From positions 59,503 to 123,502 of IMG/VR virus record IMGVR_UViG_3300021091_000020: a stretch of DNA of 64,000 nucleotides; one strand, given 5' to 3'. Positions 8,294-18,242 of the stretch are shown piece by piece; positions within the stretch are counted from its first letter, which is position 1; each line of letters opens with the position of its first letter. The notes beneath the pieces are model-generated. The model was not told where the DNA came from. It ran no database searches and saw only the letters and a list, made by a program, of their open reading frames with translations. Origin of the DNA: a virus. Made by a program: the position numbers and the translations under genes.

Positions 8294-10147
8294 TTATTTT
8301 ATTTCACAGGCACCACCAGCACAAGCCAATTCGCCAGTCAAATCTGTATTGTCTTCCAACTCAACAACATTACTTAAATCAACATCGTGCAGAGTTTCCA
8401 TTAACTTATTATACTTTTCTTCATCAATATCTTCAAAAGGTGCCTGTATGTATGTTCCACCGTCATAAGGCAATACTGAAAGACCATTGAAGTGTTCTTT
8501 ATTTTCCCACATCCAATTACCAACGGCATCCCATTCGTGTTCGCGGATAGATACTGTTGCAGATATATTATGTGTGTTCATACCTGTTCTATGACCTGGC
8601 TTAATCCAATTCTGATTGAACCATTTTACTCTTTCCAATAATTGTAATGGACTTTCACTACGAAGTATTGAACCCTCTGGTGACTTTTGTGGAACACCAA
8701 TTACAGCAGTATCATGTGGGCGGAAGTATTCATCTTCTACCAATTCGGGATGATTGATTGTGAGATAAGTATAAATTGCCTCATTCTTACCAACACGAAC
8801 ACGGCGTAGATAATAGTCATTATGCCATGCATGAATGCCTGATGAACAACCCAATGTCAATGATGATGTTCCAGCAGGTTTAATCGTTGTTGTTCTTGCG
8901 GATTTATTGATACCGATAAGTTCCGCAACTCTTTCGTTTTCTTCTCTTGATGCCTTAGCAGCAGCTTTCAAATCCAACTTTTGAACTTTACCAGAACCGA
9001 TACCTGTCATACCAACACCGAGAAGTGCATCCTTTTCAGTTGTTCTTTGCCATATTGGGCGAAGATAATGAAAATCCGTATAACCTGCCTGCAATGTTCC
9101 GATGAAAGAAGCGGCACGAACTCTATCCTCCAAATCCTCTTGACTTTCAACATCGGAAACATTTACTTCACACAAGTTACAAAATTGGAATGGGCGAAGT
9201 GCAATCTCACAACAAGGATTTGTTCCCCAATCTTTATCGTTGGAAAGATAAATACCCGGCTCACCTGCATTTGATAATTCTATTTTCTTCCAAAGTGATT
9301 TGAAAAATTCTTCTGTTACCTTACTACGAAGAAGAACTGCCGAATTATTAGCTCTGCCTCTTTGTGGATTAAGTTCCCACCAATTTCCAAACTTACATGA
9401 AATCATATCGTCATCATCTGCAGAAAAAAGAGAAATAAGAGCAGCACGGCGAATACCACCCGCAAGAACTGCATCTGCAATATGACAAACAATATCGTGA
9501 ACTTCAATGGGTGATAATTGTTCACCGTCATTTTTAAGTTCAAGTATTGCCCTAATCTTTTCAATACAAATGCGAAGTGGTTCTGGACCGGGTGCCTTAC
9601 CACCACTTGTAATAAGACGAGCACCCTTATGACGAATATCGGAATAATCAAAACGAATAGATGAACCACCGGTGAAATAAGACTTTATTACGGCTTTAAT
9701 TGCATCTGCCCATCCTTCAATCGAGTCACCAATAAGAAATCTTCTTTCTTTTGATTTAGGTCTGTGAATTGGTGGCAAACTTTCTACATGATGCTTCTGA
9801 ACGGAATAACCAACACCTGTTCCACCAAGAAGAAGAAACATTATTTCACCAAATGCACGCCAGTCATCTATTGGAAGATATGCACAGTTGTAAACTCTAT
9901 TAGGAGAAATTTCAATTGGTTTACCACCGAATTGCAATGAACGCATTGATGGTAATACTTTCTTATCATATACCATTTTATAGACATTTTCAATTTCATC
10001 TTTTAATTTTGGATATTTTCTTTGGTGCATTTTTTTATTTCGTGTCACCAATTCTTCCCAAGTTTCCCTACGATTTTTTTCGGGAATGAAACGAGCATAC
10101 TTCATGTAAACTGTGATCTCAGACAAGATGCGATTGCTGATGTCCAT
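8294..10147 (-). CDS. nrdJ: Class II (adenosylcobalamin-dependent) ribonucleotide reductase
   Basis: LPSMRSLQFGG, YNCAY, GGTGVG, TNPCCEI, KPAGTSS, C-terminal ACAGGACE; no beta-subunit gene nearby. Confidence 0.9.
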   Translation of the reverse strand: MDISNRILSEITVYMKYARFIPEKNRRETWEELVTRNKKMHQRKYPKLKDEIENVYKMVYDKKVLPSMRSLQFGGKPIEISPNRVYNCAYLPIDDWRAFGEIMFLLLGGTGVGYSVQKHHVESLPPIHRPKSKERRFLIGDSIEGWADAIKAVIKSYFTGGSSIRFDYSDIRHKGARLITSGGKAPGPEPLRICIEKIRAILELKNDGEQLSPIEVHDIVCHIADAVLAGGIRRAALISLFSADDDDMISCKFGNWWELNPQRGRANNSAVLLRSKVTEEFFKSLWKKIELSNAGEPGIYLSNDKDWGTNPCCEIALRPFQFCNLCEVNVSDVESQEDLEDRVRAASFIGTLQAGYTDFHYLRPIWQRTTEKDALLGVGMTGIGSGKVQKLDLKAAAKASREENERVAELIGINKSARTTTIKPAGTSSLTLGCSSGIHAWHNDYYLRRVRVGKNEAIYTYLTINHPELVEDEYFRPHDTAVIGVPQKSPEGSILRSESPLQLLERVKWFNQNWIKPGHRTGMNTHNISATVSIREHEWDAVGNWMWENKEHFNGLSVLPYDGGTYIQAPFEDIDEEKYNKLMETLHDVDLSNVVELEDNTDLTGELACAGGACEIK

Positions 10148-10255
10148 TTATTTCTCCATTGATTTTTTTATTGAAAACGGTATTTTTTAGGTATAAATCA
10201 ATACCATACACGAATAAGTATATGGTTTTGGATAAAAAAAGTGGGTTTTTCTAAA

Positions 10256-10837
10256 TTATTTTTTAATCCAGTTTTCCCCATCCCACCATTCAAAATTTGG
10301 ATAATTTATTTTGTAATCGAATTGTTTATACCATTCTCCGATATACAAATAAGGATAAGAACTGTTTAATAATTTATCTATAAAATAATAACAAGTAATA
10401 GGTGTTATACCATTTCTCTTCAGCTTACCACCAAAAACTGCAGAAAAAAATGGTATATTGCCAAACCAATTCAAAACACAAAATACTTCCGAATTGAAAT
10501 AATATATTTCATAATCAAATGATAAAACTGTTTGTAAATAAAATTGACAACTATCTGAATAATAGTGTTTGGTATTTTCAAATATCTTTCTATAATCGCC
10601 TTTTTTTGATATTTGCATTTTATTCAGTTTATTTTTTTTACGAGTTGATATTGGTAAAATTTTTACACGCGATGATTTGCTTTGATACCATTCATTGTTT
10701 ATCGTTGGAATCCAACCATGTTCAAACATATAGCTTTCAGTTTCATTTATCGGTTTAGCAAACACTTCACATAAAAATGAAACAGACTTTTCATCATCTA
10801 TGAACATTCCGTTTTGGTGACTGTATCGGATCTTCAT
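10256..10837 (-). CDS. Putative aminoacyl-tRNA-protein transferase (Bpt/ATE1-like)
   Basis: C-terminal YLYIGEW...DYKINYPNFEWWDGENW resembles the ATE C-terminal YxYLGYW...YK...E...W pattern; N-terminal FEHGW. Confidence 0.5.
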   Translation of the reverse strand: MKIRYSHQNGMFIDDEKSVSFLCEVFAKPINETESYMFEHGWIPTINNEWYQSKSSRVKILPISTRKKNKLNKMQISKKGDYRKIFENTKHYYSDSCQFYLQTVLSFDYEIYYFNSEVFCVLNWFGNIPFFSAVFGGKLKRNGITPITCYYFIDKLLNSSYPYLYIGEWYKQFDYKINYPNFEWWDGENWIKK

Positions 10838-11522
10838 TCAATTTCTCATTGTATATTTTTGAACGTTCTTCATTTGATTCACCGGCATCCAAATCGGTAT
10901 GGTCATAATTCATGTTTTCTGTATCGGGTGTTACCCACCTAGCATTTCTCTCTGCAGTCCAAAGTGTCCTATTATACATTCTTTCAATTACAATATCTTT
11001 CTTTACGGTAAATGAAGGATCATGTAATCTCAATCTGTTGTTTGGTTGTATTCCAAAATTACCATTATCCATCATTATTAAATGACCACATTTATGTTGT
11101 GAAGGATATTCAGAAAAAAGATAATCCGTGTCACCTGAGTCTGTACTTGCAGCCCAATCAAGTGTAAATAAATATCTACCACTATATTCTTTTCTACGGC
11201 GAGAAACAAATTTCATTACTTTATTTTTTAAATAAGGAAATTGTGTTACAGAAACATGATACGAAAACGAGTCCCACAAAACTAATTCATCTAATTCTTG
11301 TTCCGGTGCATCTTCTTTCCAACAGAATGCATGGATAGGCATTCTCCACCAGATACCACCATCTTCCATAACAAAATGAAATAGTGGTGCTTGTCCTGGA
11401 ATAGTTGCAACACCAAATATAAAACATGGAAATTTTTTATCAAATGAGTCTTTTTGGTCACGAAGAAAATTCCCTCTAACATATGCCTCAATAACTGGTA
11501 CCGCCGAGTTTAAATATGCCAT
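10794..11522 (-). CDS. Hypothetical protein (MAYLN...YLFTLDW...HKCGH...QPNNR)
   Basis: 242-aa ORF tightly coupled to the helicase stop; overlaps the next gene by 44 nt. Confidence 0.75.
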   Translation of the reverse strand: MAYLNSAVPVIEAYVRGNFLRDQKDSFDKKFPCFIFGVATIPGQAPLFHFVMEDGGIWWRMPIHAFCWKEDAPEQELDELVLWDSFSYHVSVTQFPYLKNKVMKFVSRRRKEYSGRYLFTLDWAASTDSGDTDYLFSEYPSQHKCGHLIMMDNGNFGIQPNNRLRLHDPSFTVKKDIVIERMYNRTLWTAERNARWVTPDTENMNYDHTDLDAGESNEERSKIYNEKLNEDPIQSPKRNVHR

Positions 11523-11523
11523 A

Positions 11524-12876
11524 TTAAAAACCTTCTAATTCTTTGAACTTTTGTGAAAGAGCTTTCTTAACATTAACATCACCTTTCATTGATGTTTGAA
11601 CACTCTGTCCCATGTCAGAACTTGGTTCGTATATTTCAATGTGGCCAGTCATTGTATTTATTTTACTTGGGAATGTCATACCATCTGGACCAAAACGATT
11701 TTTAATAATGTGCCATCTGCCTGTTCCACCGACTTTATCATTTAGTTTTCTCGATAGTGACATAATAAAATCTGCAATCATAATTTTGTTATATGATTCT
11801 GAAACCTTACCGCCTTCAATCACATCATCTTCGAGAGCAGAACGATTTGCTTGTGATGCAGTCCAAATAGGTATTCCATAAGTTCCACCAACACCACGCA
11901 AGTCTTCATAAATATCATTTAGTTCCAATCTCTTATCACCGGCTTTTGATGGTCTTATCAAGTCTGCATAATCAACGATAACCAAATCTGGTGGTTTGCC
12001 TTGACTTATACACTTCTCAATGTGTGATGTAATTGTTGTGATACTTGCAGTTTTGGTTGGATAATACTTTACAATCAAGTCACCTTTGATAGTTTCCATT
12101 GTATCACGGATTTTCTCTTGTGCATATTCTTCGTTAAGATTTTGAAATGCAATCTTTGTAAAGTAAGCATCAAATCTTCTTGCAACATAAAACTGATTGA
12201 GTTCAAGTGTATAATAAACAACTCTCTTACCGGCCTTAACTGCTTGAGCGGCGATACTTACCAATCCCCAAGACTTACCGCCACCGGCAGGAGCAATGAT
12301 AACACCCAACTCACCAGCAGCCAATCCACCGTTTGTAATATCATCAACTACATTCCAACCAGTAGATACACAACTTCTTGCACCTTCTTCATAACGAGCA
12401 ATAATATCTACAAGATATTCATGTCCAATATCTTTGTCAGTTCCGGCTTTGAGTGCATTATCAACTTTCTTTTTGATAAGGTCATACTTACCACTCTTAA
12501 GCAAATCAACCGACTCAATAATTGCAACTTTCATCTTTTGATTTTTACAAAATTCAAGAGTAGTTGATTTAACATATTCTGCATCAGAACTATCTTTATA
12601 CTTTGCACTTTCTTTCAGAGCATCTGCAATAGTGCTCTTCAAAACTTTATCTTCAACGGTAATCAATTCAGACTTGAAAACTTCAGCAGTTGGTGCAGTT
12701 TTATACTTCTCATAATAGGACATTATCTTTTCAACAACCCAACTATTTGCTTGAGACTCAAAATAATTTGGTTCGATAATATCTGAAACTTGTTGTAAAA
12801 ATGCTCTATCGTTTAATAATGAAGTGACTACTTTTGTCTGAAAGGTATGACCATATTGGGATAAATTATCCTGCAT
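11524..12876 (-). CDS. Replicative helicase, T4 gp41/DnaB-like
   Basis: Walker A APAGGGKS, YTLE, IVDYADL, WTASQANR, KNRFG. Confidence 0.93.
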   Translation of the reverse strand: MQDNLSQYGHTFQTKVVTSLLNDRAFLQQVSDIIEPNYFESQANSWVVEKIMSYYEKYKTAPTAEVFKSELITVEDKVLKSTIADALKESAKYKDSSDAEYVKSTTLEFCKNQKMKVAIIESVDLLKSGKYDLIKKKVDNALKAGTDKDIGHEYLVDIIARYEEGARSCVSTGWNVVDDITNGGLAAGELGVIIAPAGGGKSWGLVSIAAQAVKAGKRVVYYTLELNQFYVARRFDAYFTKIAFQNLNEEYAQEKIRDTMETIKGDLIVKYYPTKTASITTITSHIEKCISQGKPPDLVIVDYADLIRPSKAGDKRLELNDIYEDLRGVGGTYGIPIWTASQANRSALEDDVIEGGKVSESYNKIMIADFIMSLSRKLNDKVGGTGRWHIIKNRFGPDGMTFPSKINTMTGHIEIYEPSSDMGQSVQTSMKGDVNVKKALSQKFKELEGF

Positions 12877-13912
12877 ATTTGTTCCTAATGGAATTTAATG
12901 TTGTAAAATTATTTTGAACCCATACATCCCAATTCAATAAAACATTTTGTAGTTTATCTTCTACAAATAGTTTATTCAGTTCAACTTTATTTATACCGTC
13001 AATTTCACCATCAACTAAATGTCTTAATGTTGATTTGGTGCTTTGTGAAATTTCAACATCACTTAATTGCATTATTCTATGATTGGTTTGCAATACATTT
13101 AGGTTGTTCTTTAATTCTTGAATTGCTTTGGATTTATTATCATGTAATTTACAAATTTCTACGAACATTTCCAAATTTATTTTTCTTTTTTCTGATAATT
13201 CTGGAAATAATTTTAATATCGTTTTGTCACCGAGACCACGAATGCCAACTACATTATCACTCTTATCGCCAAGTAAAGATTTGTATATGATATAATTCTC
13301 ACACCATATACCAGTTTCTTCCAATAAATTTTGAGGTGTATACATCTTCTTTTTGGTTGGCAGATAAACACTAACTCTGTCCGAAACCAATTGTAAAAAG
13401 TCTCGGTCATTGGAAAGTATTACACATTTTTCTTTGAAATAAGAAGAAAGGTAGGCAATCACATCATCTGCTTCTATTTTATCAATGGAGATTATTGTTA
13501 GTGGCAAATTTTGTAGGTATGAAAAAACACGAAACAGTTGATACTTAATTGAGGATTGTTCATCTTCAATATCTTCAAACCCAACTACACGGTTTAACCG
13601 TGACTTGATTGCCCTACCTTCCTTATAGTTTGAATAAATTTCTTTTCTTCTTTGTGAACCACCCTTACCATCAAAGACTACAACAACCCGCGTGGGATTA
13701 ACCATACGGATTGTTGCTCCAAGAGACTTCAAGAAACCAGATAATCCACCAACATGAATGCCATCTTCGTTTAGGGTTGGGATGGCAGAAAATGTGCGTA
13801 TAAAAAGGTTCATCCCATCTACAATCAAAACCTTACTATCACGATGTAGGTTTTCTTGTTCTTGTTTTTCTGTTTCTATTTCTTGTAAAAGTCTTTGATA
13901 TTTACGGTTCAT
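12866..13912 (-). CDS. 5'-3' exonuclease / T4 RNase H-like flap nuclease
   Basis: LIVDG, VFDG, YKEGR, EADDVI, SNDRDFLQL, GDKSDNVVG. Confidence 0.92.
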   Translation of the reverse strand: MNRKYQRLLQEIETEKQEQENLHRDSKVLIVDGMNLFIRTFSAIPTLNEDGIHVGGLSGFLKSLGATIRMVNPTRVVVVFDGKGGSQRRKEIYSNYKEGRAIKSRLNRVVGFEDIEDEQSSIKYQLFRVFSYLQNLPLTIISIDKIEADDVIAYLSSYFKEKCVILSNDRDFLQLVSDRVSVYLPTKKKMYTPQNLLEETGIWCENYIIYKSLLGDKSDNVVGIRGLGDKTILKLFPELSEKRKINLEMFVEICKLHDNKSKAIQELKNNLNVLQTNHRIMQLSDVEISQSTKSTLRHLVDGEIDGINKVELNKLFVEDKLQNVLLNWDVWVQNNFTTLNSIRNKYAG

Positions 13913-15057
13913 ACTTCATCTTGTAATAATGGTTCATCGGAAAGTGTTACGTCATCTATGCGTGCCTCATCCAGTTTCTTATATTTCATAATTACTTTCT
14001 CAGCGATTTCATCATAAACTATATCATACAATTGGGGATTACTCATAATCTTTTCAACAAATTCCTTTGATTGAAACTTAATGACTTCTCCGGTTCTTTT
14101 GTCTGTCCATGAATACCATGCACCAGATTGAGAAACAAGATTGTGTTCTTTCATCACAGTTAGCCATGATGAATAATCATCTATACCACTATCAAAATAA
14201 ACTTCATATTCACATTCACGCAGCGGAGGACCTACTCTGTTCTTTACCAATTTCGCCTTAATTCTTGAACCAACAATTTCATCACGACCTTCTCTCTTTG
14301 CTTTTATGGCACCGATTGAAGAAAGACGAAGACGAACAGAAGCATGGAAAGGAATACCTTTACCACCCGGTGTTGTCCAAGGATCAGAAAATGCTGGGGC
14401 ATTTAATTTCTGACGAAGTTGATTTGTAATAATCAAACAAATACGCTCTCTACCAATAAGATTTGTAATCTTTCTCATTGCCTTTGAAATGATAAGTGCC
14501 TTTGCCGTAGCATAACCATCCTTATCAAAGTCTGCAGCCATTTCTGTTTTAGTGGATGCACCGGCTATCGAATCAACTACTATCGTTACCAATCTATCTT
14601 TATCGGATGAACGAACCTTATCAATGATAACATCAACTGTTTCAAAAATATCTTCTACTGTTTCCAATGGAATGTATAACATATCTTTTAAGTTCAAACC
14701 GATTGCGGTTAGATATTCAGTTGATATTGCATTCTCGGTATCAATATAAACAGCAAGACCACCTTTCTTTTGTGTGTTAAGAAGTGCATGGGCTGCCAAT
14801 AGAGATTTACCAGATTGTTCGAGACCTGTTATTTCAGATACACGACCAACAGGAAAACCACCATACTTACGATTGGAAATGGCCAAATCCAACATGGTTG
14901 AGCCAGTTCCTACCCATTCTTTTACTATCGTAGGTGCATCACTATCACCTTCAAGAAAGTAAGCGGTCTTAATGTTTTGAGTTTTGAATTGTTTGTTTAT
15001 AGTTTCGGCAATGAGCCCACCGAGTTCATCGGAAAGATCACTCTTTGATTTTGCCAT
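13909..15057 (-). CDS. uvsX: RecA/UvsX-like recombinase
   Basis: GLEQSGKS Walker A, YIDTE, VVDS, TNQLR, TPGG, KNRVGPP. Confidence 0.93.
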   Translation of the reverse strand: MAKSKSDLSDELGGLIAETINKQFKTQNIKTAYFLEGDSDAPTIVKEWVGTGSTMLDLAISNRKYGGFPVGRVSEITGLEQSGKSLLAAHALLNTQKKGGLAVYIDTENAISTEYLTAIGLNLKDMLYIPLETVEDIFETVDVIIDKVRSSDKDRLVTIVVDSIAGASTKTEMAADFDKDGYATAKALIISKAMRKITNLIGRERICLIITNQLRQKLNAPAFSDPWTTPGGKGIPFHASVRLRLSSIGAIKAKREGRDEIVGSRIKAKLVKNRVGPPLRECEYEVYFDSGIDDYSSWLTVMKEHNLVSQSGAWYSWTDKRTGEVIKFQSKEFVEKIMSNPQLYDIVYDEIAEKVIMKYKKLDEARIDDVTLSDEPLLQDEV

Positions 15058-15069
15058 AACTCACCCTTA

Positions 15070-15825
15070 TTAAAATAAATCATCAAATGTAACACCGACA
15101 TCTTCAGCAGATGTAGATGGCTTCTCACTCTTTTCTTGTTTGTAATTAAGGTCCTTTGATTCTTCTTCTTGTGAAGAAGCACCCATCCAAGTTTGCAATT
15201 GAATCTTCAAATCATCATAAGATGGTTCTGGATACAATTCTGTAATTTGTGGTTGTGACTTAATCTTTTCAAGAACGTCTGCACTTTCTGTAATGGGTGT
15301 TTCTTTTGGTTTAACACGAATACTTGTTTCTGCATAAGTTTTACCAGCTTCTTCTGGTGACTTAACGGTAACAACAATGTCACGACCAGATTTTGGATCA
15401 GACAAATCACCGTAATCAGGATCAACAAAGAAAGCAAGCAGTTCTTCATAGATTTGTTTACCAAATCCCCAAAACTTCACACCTTCATTTTCTTGACCAC
15501 GAACAATAACAGGAACATAGATACGCATTTTAGGTTCCAATTTTCTACCCATTACCCAATCTTCCTTGTCACCAGTTTGTTTAAGTTTTTCTGCAAACTC
15601 AACCACTGGATCAGGACGACCAAATGATGCAGGAGAAAGAATAGACCTCTTACCCAAATTGTAATGGAAATACAATTCGATAAACGGATTTTCTCTGTTG
15701 TGAATGTAGGGAACAATTCTGATTTGGGTTTCACCCGGATCGGGTTTCCAAATGTTAGATGTGCGATTGTTTGTGTTTTTTAGAGAGTTCAAACGACTCT
15801 TGATTGCATCTAGGTTAATAGCCAT
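15070..15825 (-). CDS. Single-stranded DNA-binding protein, T4 gp32-like
   Basis: IRIVP, GVKFWGFGKQIY, acidic tail ending FDDLF; located before UvsX. Confidence 0.85.
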   Translation of the reverse strand: MAINLDAIKSRLNSLKNTNNRTSNIWKPDPGETQIRIVPYIHNRENPFIELYFHYNLGKRSILSPASFGRPDPVVEFAEKLKQTGDKEDWVMGRKLEPKMRIYVPVIVRGQENEGVKFWGFGKQIYEELLAFFVDPDYGDLSDPKSGRDIVVTVKSPEEAGKTYAETSIRVKPKETPITESADVLEKIKSQPQITELYPEPSYDDLKIQLQTWMGASSQEEESKDLNYKQEKSEKPSTSAEDVGVTFDDLF

Positions 15826-15897
15826 GATGTTTCTCCAAATGTGTAATAAATAATGTTTAATCGTTACTAAAAGAATGTTATGTCTAATAGAACAATA

Positions 15898-15932
15898 CTA
15901 ATATATGAATTTAATGTTTAATAAGCAAGCAA
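15898..15932 (-). promoter_or_regulatory. Putative early/middle promoter upstream of the SSB-UvsX-helicase operon
   Basis: TTGCTTGCTT-N12-ATTCATATATTAG, same architecture and spacing as 391-425. Confidence 0.65.
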
Positions 15933-15957
15933 TTTTTATTTTATTCTATAAATAAAT

Positions 15958-15981
15958 ATGGGAAATCCGAAGATTTCCCAT
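15958..15981 (-). terminator. Hairpin/terminator with UUCG loop
   Basis: ATGGGAAATC-TTCG-GATTTCCCAT followed by ATTTATTT. Confidence 0.75.
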
Positions 15982-15985
15982 TTTA

Positions 15986-16834
15986 TCATTTATTGTATTT
16001 CATAAGTTCCTTTAATCTACGAACAACCGTTTCTGGTATTTTTTCCACATTGAATGTGTTATCAACCCAAGCTGGTGCATCATCTGTTTGAGGCATAACA
16101 TCACGCTTTGGAGCACCTGCAACTGGTGGACTTTTTGTTTTTAATGTCTGTACATTACCCCAAATATAGTCCGCAATCGCTTCTGGTGTATCGCCTTTAC
16201 CATATTTCTTAAATACTTCAACTACTGGCTCTTTTATATTATCAATAACATATTTTTTCAATTCACTCTCACCAACTTGAAACAGATTTACACCACCACC
16301 GGCTGCAGTTGGAACTGTTCCAGTTTGAGCAGCAATACCAATTTGAGTGGCTTTAAGTGCTTCGAGTGGTTTTTTAATATCCGTTAAATCAACTGCCTTT
16401 ATCTTTGCATCAGGATTAAGACAGAATACTTGTGACCAACGATGATGTCCGTCAATAACAAATTTACCACCGCCACCTGTTACAATTGATTTCCCAGCAG
16501 GTGCAACTACACCACCTTTCAAGTAGGCCTCTGCACTTGCAGGATCCTTCAATGGAAAACTCAATGATTTATCCATAACAACTTCATTTTGTGTTGGCTG
16601 TAGATCCGTGCACGCAGGTGATAATCCGGATGTTTTAACTGGAGCATCTGACGATAAAGATTTTATGGCATCAACAAATTTAGGATCCTTTATGTTATCT
16701 CCCAATTCTTTTACAAATGATACATAATCCTTTTTTAGAATTTTTTTCAATTCTTCTTGTGCCTCATCTTCATTTAGTTTTGTCTTAACCTCTTTGACTA
16801 AACCTTTTAATAAACTTTTCATAATAAATCTCAA
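15986..16834 (-). CDS. ParB/sulfiredoxin-fold protein (paralog 1)
   Basis: LQPTQNEV and VIDGHHRW motifs; leader ending KLNE. Confidence 0.7.
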   Translation of the reverse strand: MRFIMKSLLKGLVKEVKTKLNEDEAQEELKKILKKDYVSFVKELGDNIKDPKFVDAIKSLSSDAPVKTSGLSPACTDLQPTQNEVVMDKSLSFPLKDPASAEAYLKGGVVAPAGKSIVTGGGGKFVIDGHHRWSQVFCLNPDAKIKAVDLTDIKKPLEALKATQIGIAAQTGTVPTAAGGGVNLFQVGESELKKYVIDNIKEPVVEVFKKYGKGDTPEAIADYIWGNVQTLKTKSPPVAGAPKRDVMPQTDDAPAWVDNTFNVEKIPETVVRRLKELMKYNK

Positions 16835-16849
16835 ATTATTTAAACATTT

Positions 16850-17437
16850 TTATCTTACATTATTTGATAGCAAATGAGTTCTTACTATTTCTTTTATCTT
16901 CTTACGAAGTTTATTTTTTAATCTTTCACTTACTTTTATTTCCGTTTTTTGTTCTTTGCTCATCATTGATTCTATTTGCGTATCTATTTTTTTAGATAAA
17001 TTTTCAGCAACAGAATTTAATTTGGATAAAACAATCTCTAACACTTCAAAATCTTCATCTGTCAATCTTTTTTTAATAAATAATCCAATTTTTTCTATTA
17101 TCTTTCGTATATCAGCTTCATGTGCATCCTTTTCACTTTCAGTATACGCAGCAGATTTTAATGTATCAAGAGATTTGTACAACACCTTTAATGTTGGAAT
17201 TCCTGAAAATCTAGATCCGATTGATTGTAATTTTTCAGAAGTGTCTTTATATTCTTGTGAATCTGCAAACTTATTAAACCAAGAACGAATAGTATTTGTA
17301 TTCTCATTTGGAAAAATAAATTGTAATAGATTTTTATTTCTTTGTATTATATTAGCAACATCTATTAGAACAATGAAACTCATTGGACTAATTGCTGATA
17401 CTGTTATTGATTCATTTACTACTTTTTTTGATTTCAT
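16850..17437 (-). CDS. Hypothetical helical protein
   Basis: 195 aa; VVNE leader and C-terminal LRKKIKEIVR tag. Confidence 0.7.
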   Translation of the reverse strand: MKSKKVVNESITVSAISPMSFIVLIDVANIIQRNKNLLQFIFPNENTNTIRSWFNKFADSQEYKDTSEKLQSIGSRFSGIPTLKVLYKSLDTLKSAAYTESEKDAHEADIRKIIEKIGLFIKKRLTDEDFEVLEIVLSKLNSVAENLSKKIDTQIESMMSKEQKTEIKVSERLKNKLRKKIKEIVRTHLLSNNVR

Positions 17438-17446
17438 TTTATTTAC

Positions 17447-17761
17447 CTATGGCATTAATGTTATATTCAATCTGTTTTGTATAAGATACAAACTAACACT
17501 TGTCTTTTTATTAAAAAAATGTAACTTTCCAGAGATTGGTTTTTTATATTCAAAACCAATTTTTTTCAAAGCATCAACTATTTCATGTTCTTTGTACATA
17601 CTTGCATCAATGGCATTGTCTGGAAGTATGCTTATCTTTTCTAATATTTTTTTTAATTCATCATAGATAGTATCAAACCCACTTCCTTCGGAAATAGATT
17701 TTACTTTTAATTCTTCAATAACTCTGTTTGTTATTTCGTCTATTAGTGTTTTTAGTTTCAT
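17447..17761 (-). CDS. Hypothetical protein with MKLKTLIDE leader
   Basis: 104 aa, downstream of a conserved-motif copy at 17798. Confidence 0.7.
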   Translation of the reverse strand: MKLKTLIDEITNRVIEELKVKSISEGSGFDTIYDELKKILEKISILPDNAIDASMYKEHEIVDALKKIGFEYKKPISGKLHFFNKKTSVSLYLIQNRLNITLMP

Positions 17762-17805
17762 TGAATTAACTTAAATTATTACACATAAAAATATACATAT
17801 AAATA

Positions 17806-18195
17806 TCACCAATTATAGACTTTTACCAAAAATATCTTTACTACACGAAATCCATCTTTGTTTTTTAATAGTGCGCAATTACGATACCTTTCCCATTCTA
17901 TCGGATATGTTTTATCCAATATACCGTTGTTCAGGTTCATAATTAGTTCATTTAATGCATTTATAGTGTATATGGTATTAGTTTCACGTTTTTGGTGAAC
18001 CATTATTGAATTTGGAAGGAATTTTTTGTAACTGTCCATTATGACATTGTATGACAATAAAGAATCTTCTCTTGTTTCCAAAGACTTAAATAAAAATACT
18101 TTATTATTCAATATAGAAAAATTTTCTTTAATTGTATCTATCGTTTCTTCTACGCTATGTTTTCTCGTAAATGTACATACTAATTGTGTCTTCAA
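17806..18195 (-). CDS. Hypothetical protein
   Basis: 129 aa; QLVCTF and TNTIYTINALN; preceded by the motif at 18230. Confidence 0.75.
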   Translation of the reverse strand: MKTQLVCTFTRKHSVEETIDTIKENFSILNNKVFLFKSLETREDSLLSYNVIMDSYKKFLPNSIMVHQKRETNTIYTINALNELIMNLNNGILDKTYPIEWERYRNCALLKNKDGFRVVKIFLVKVYNW

Positions 18196-18242
18196 TATTT
18201 CTCTCTCATATTTTCAAATATCTACTCAATATAAATATCATC

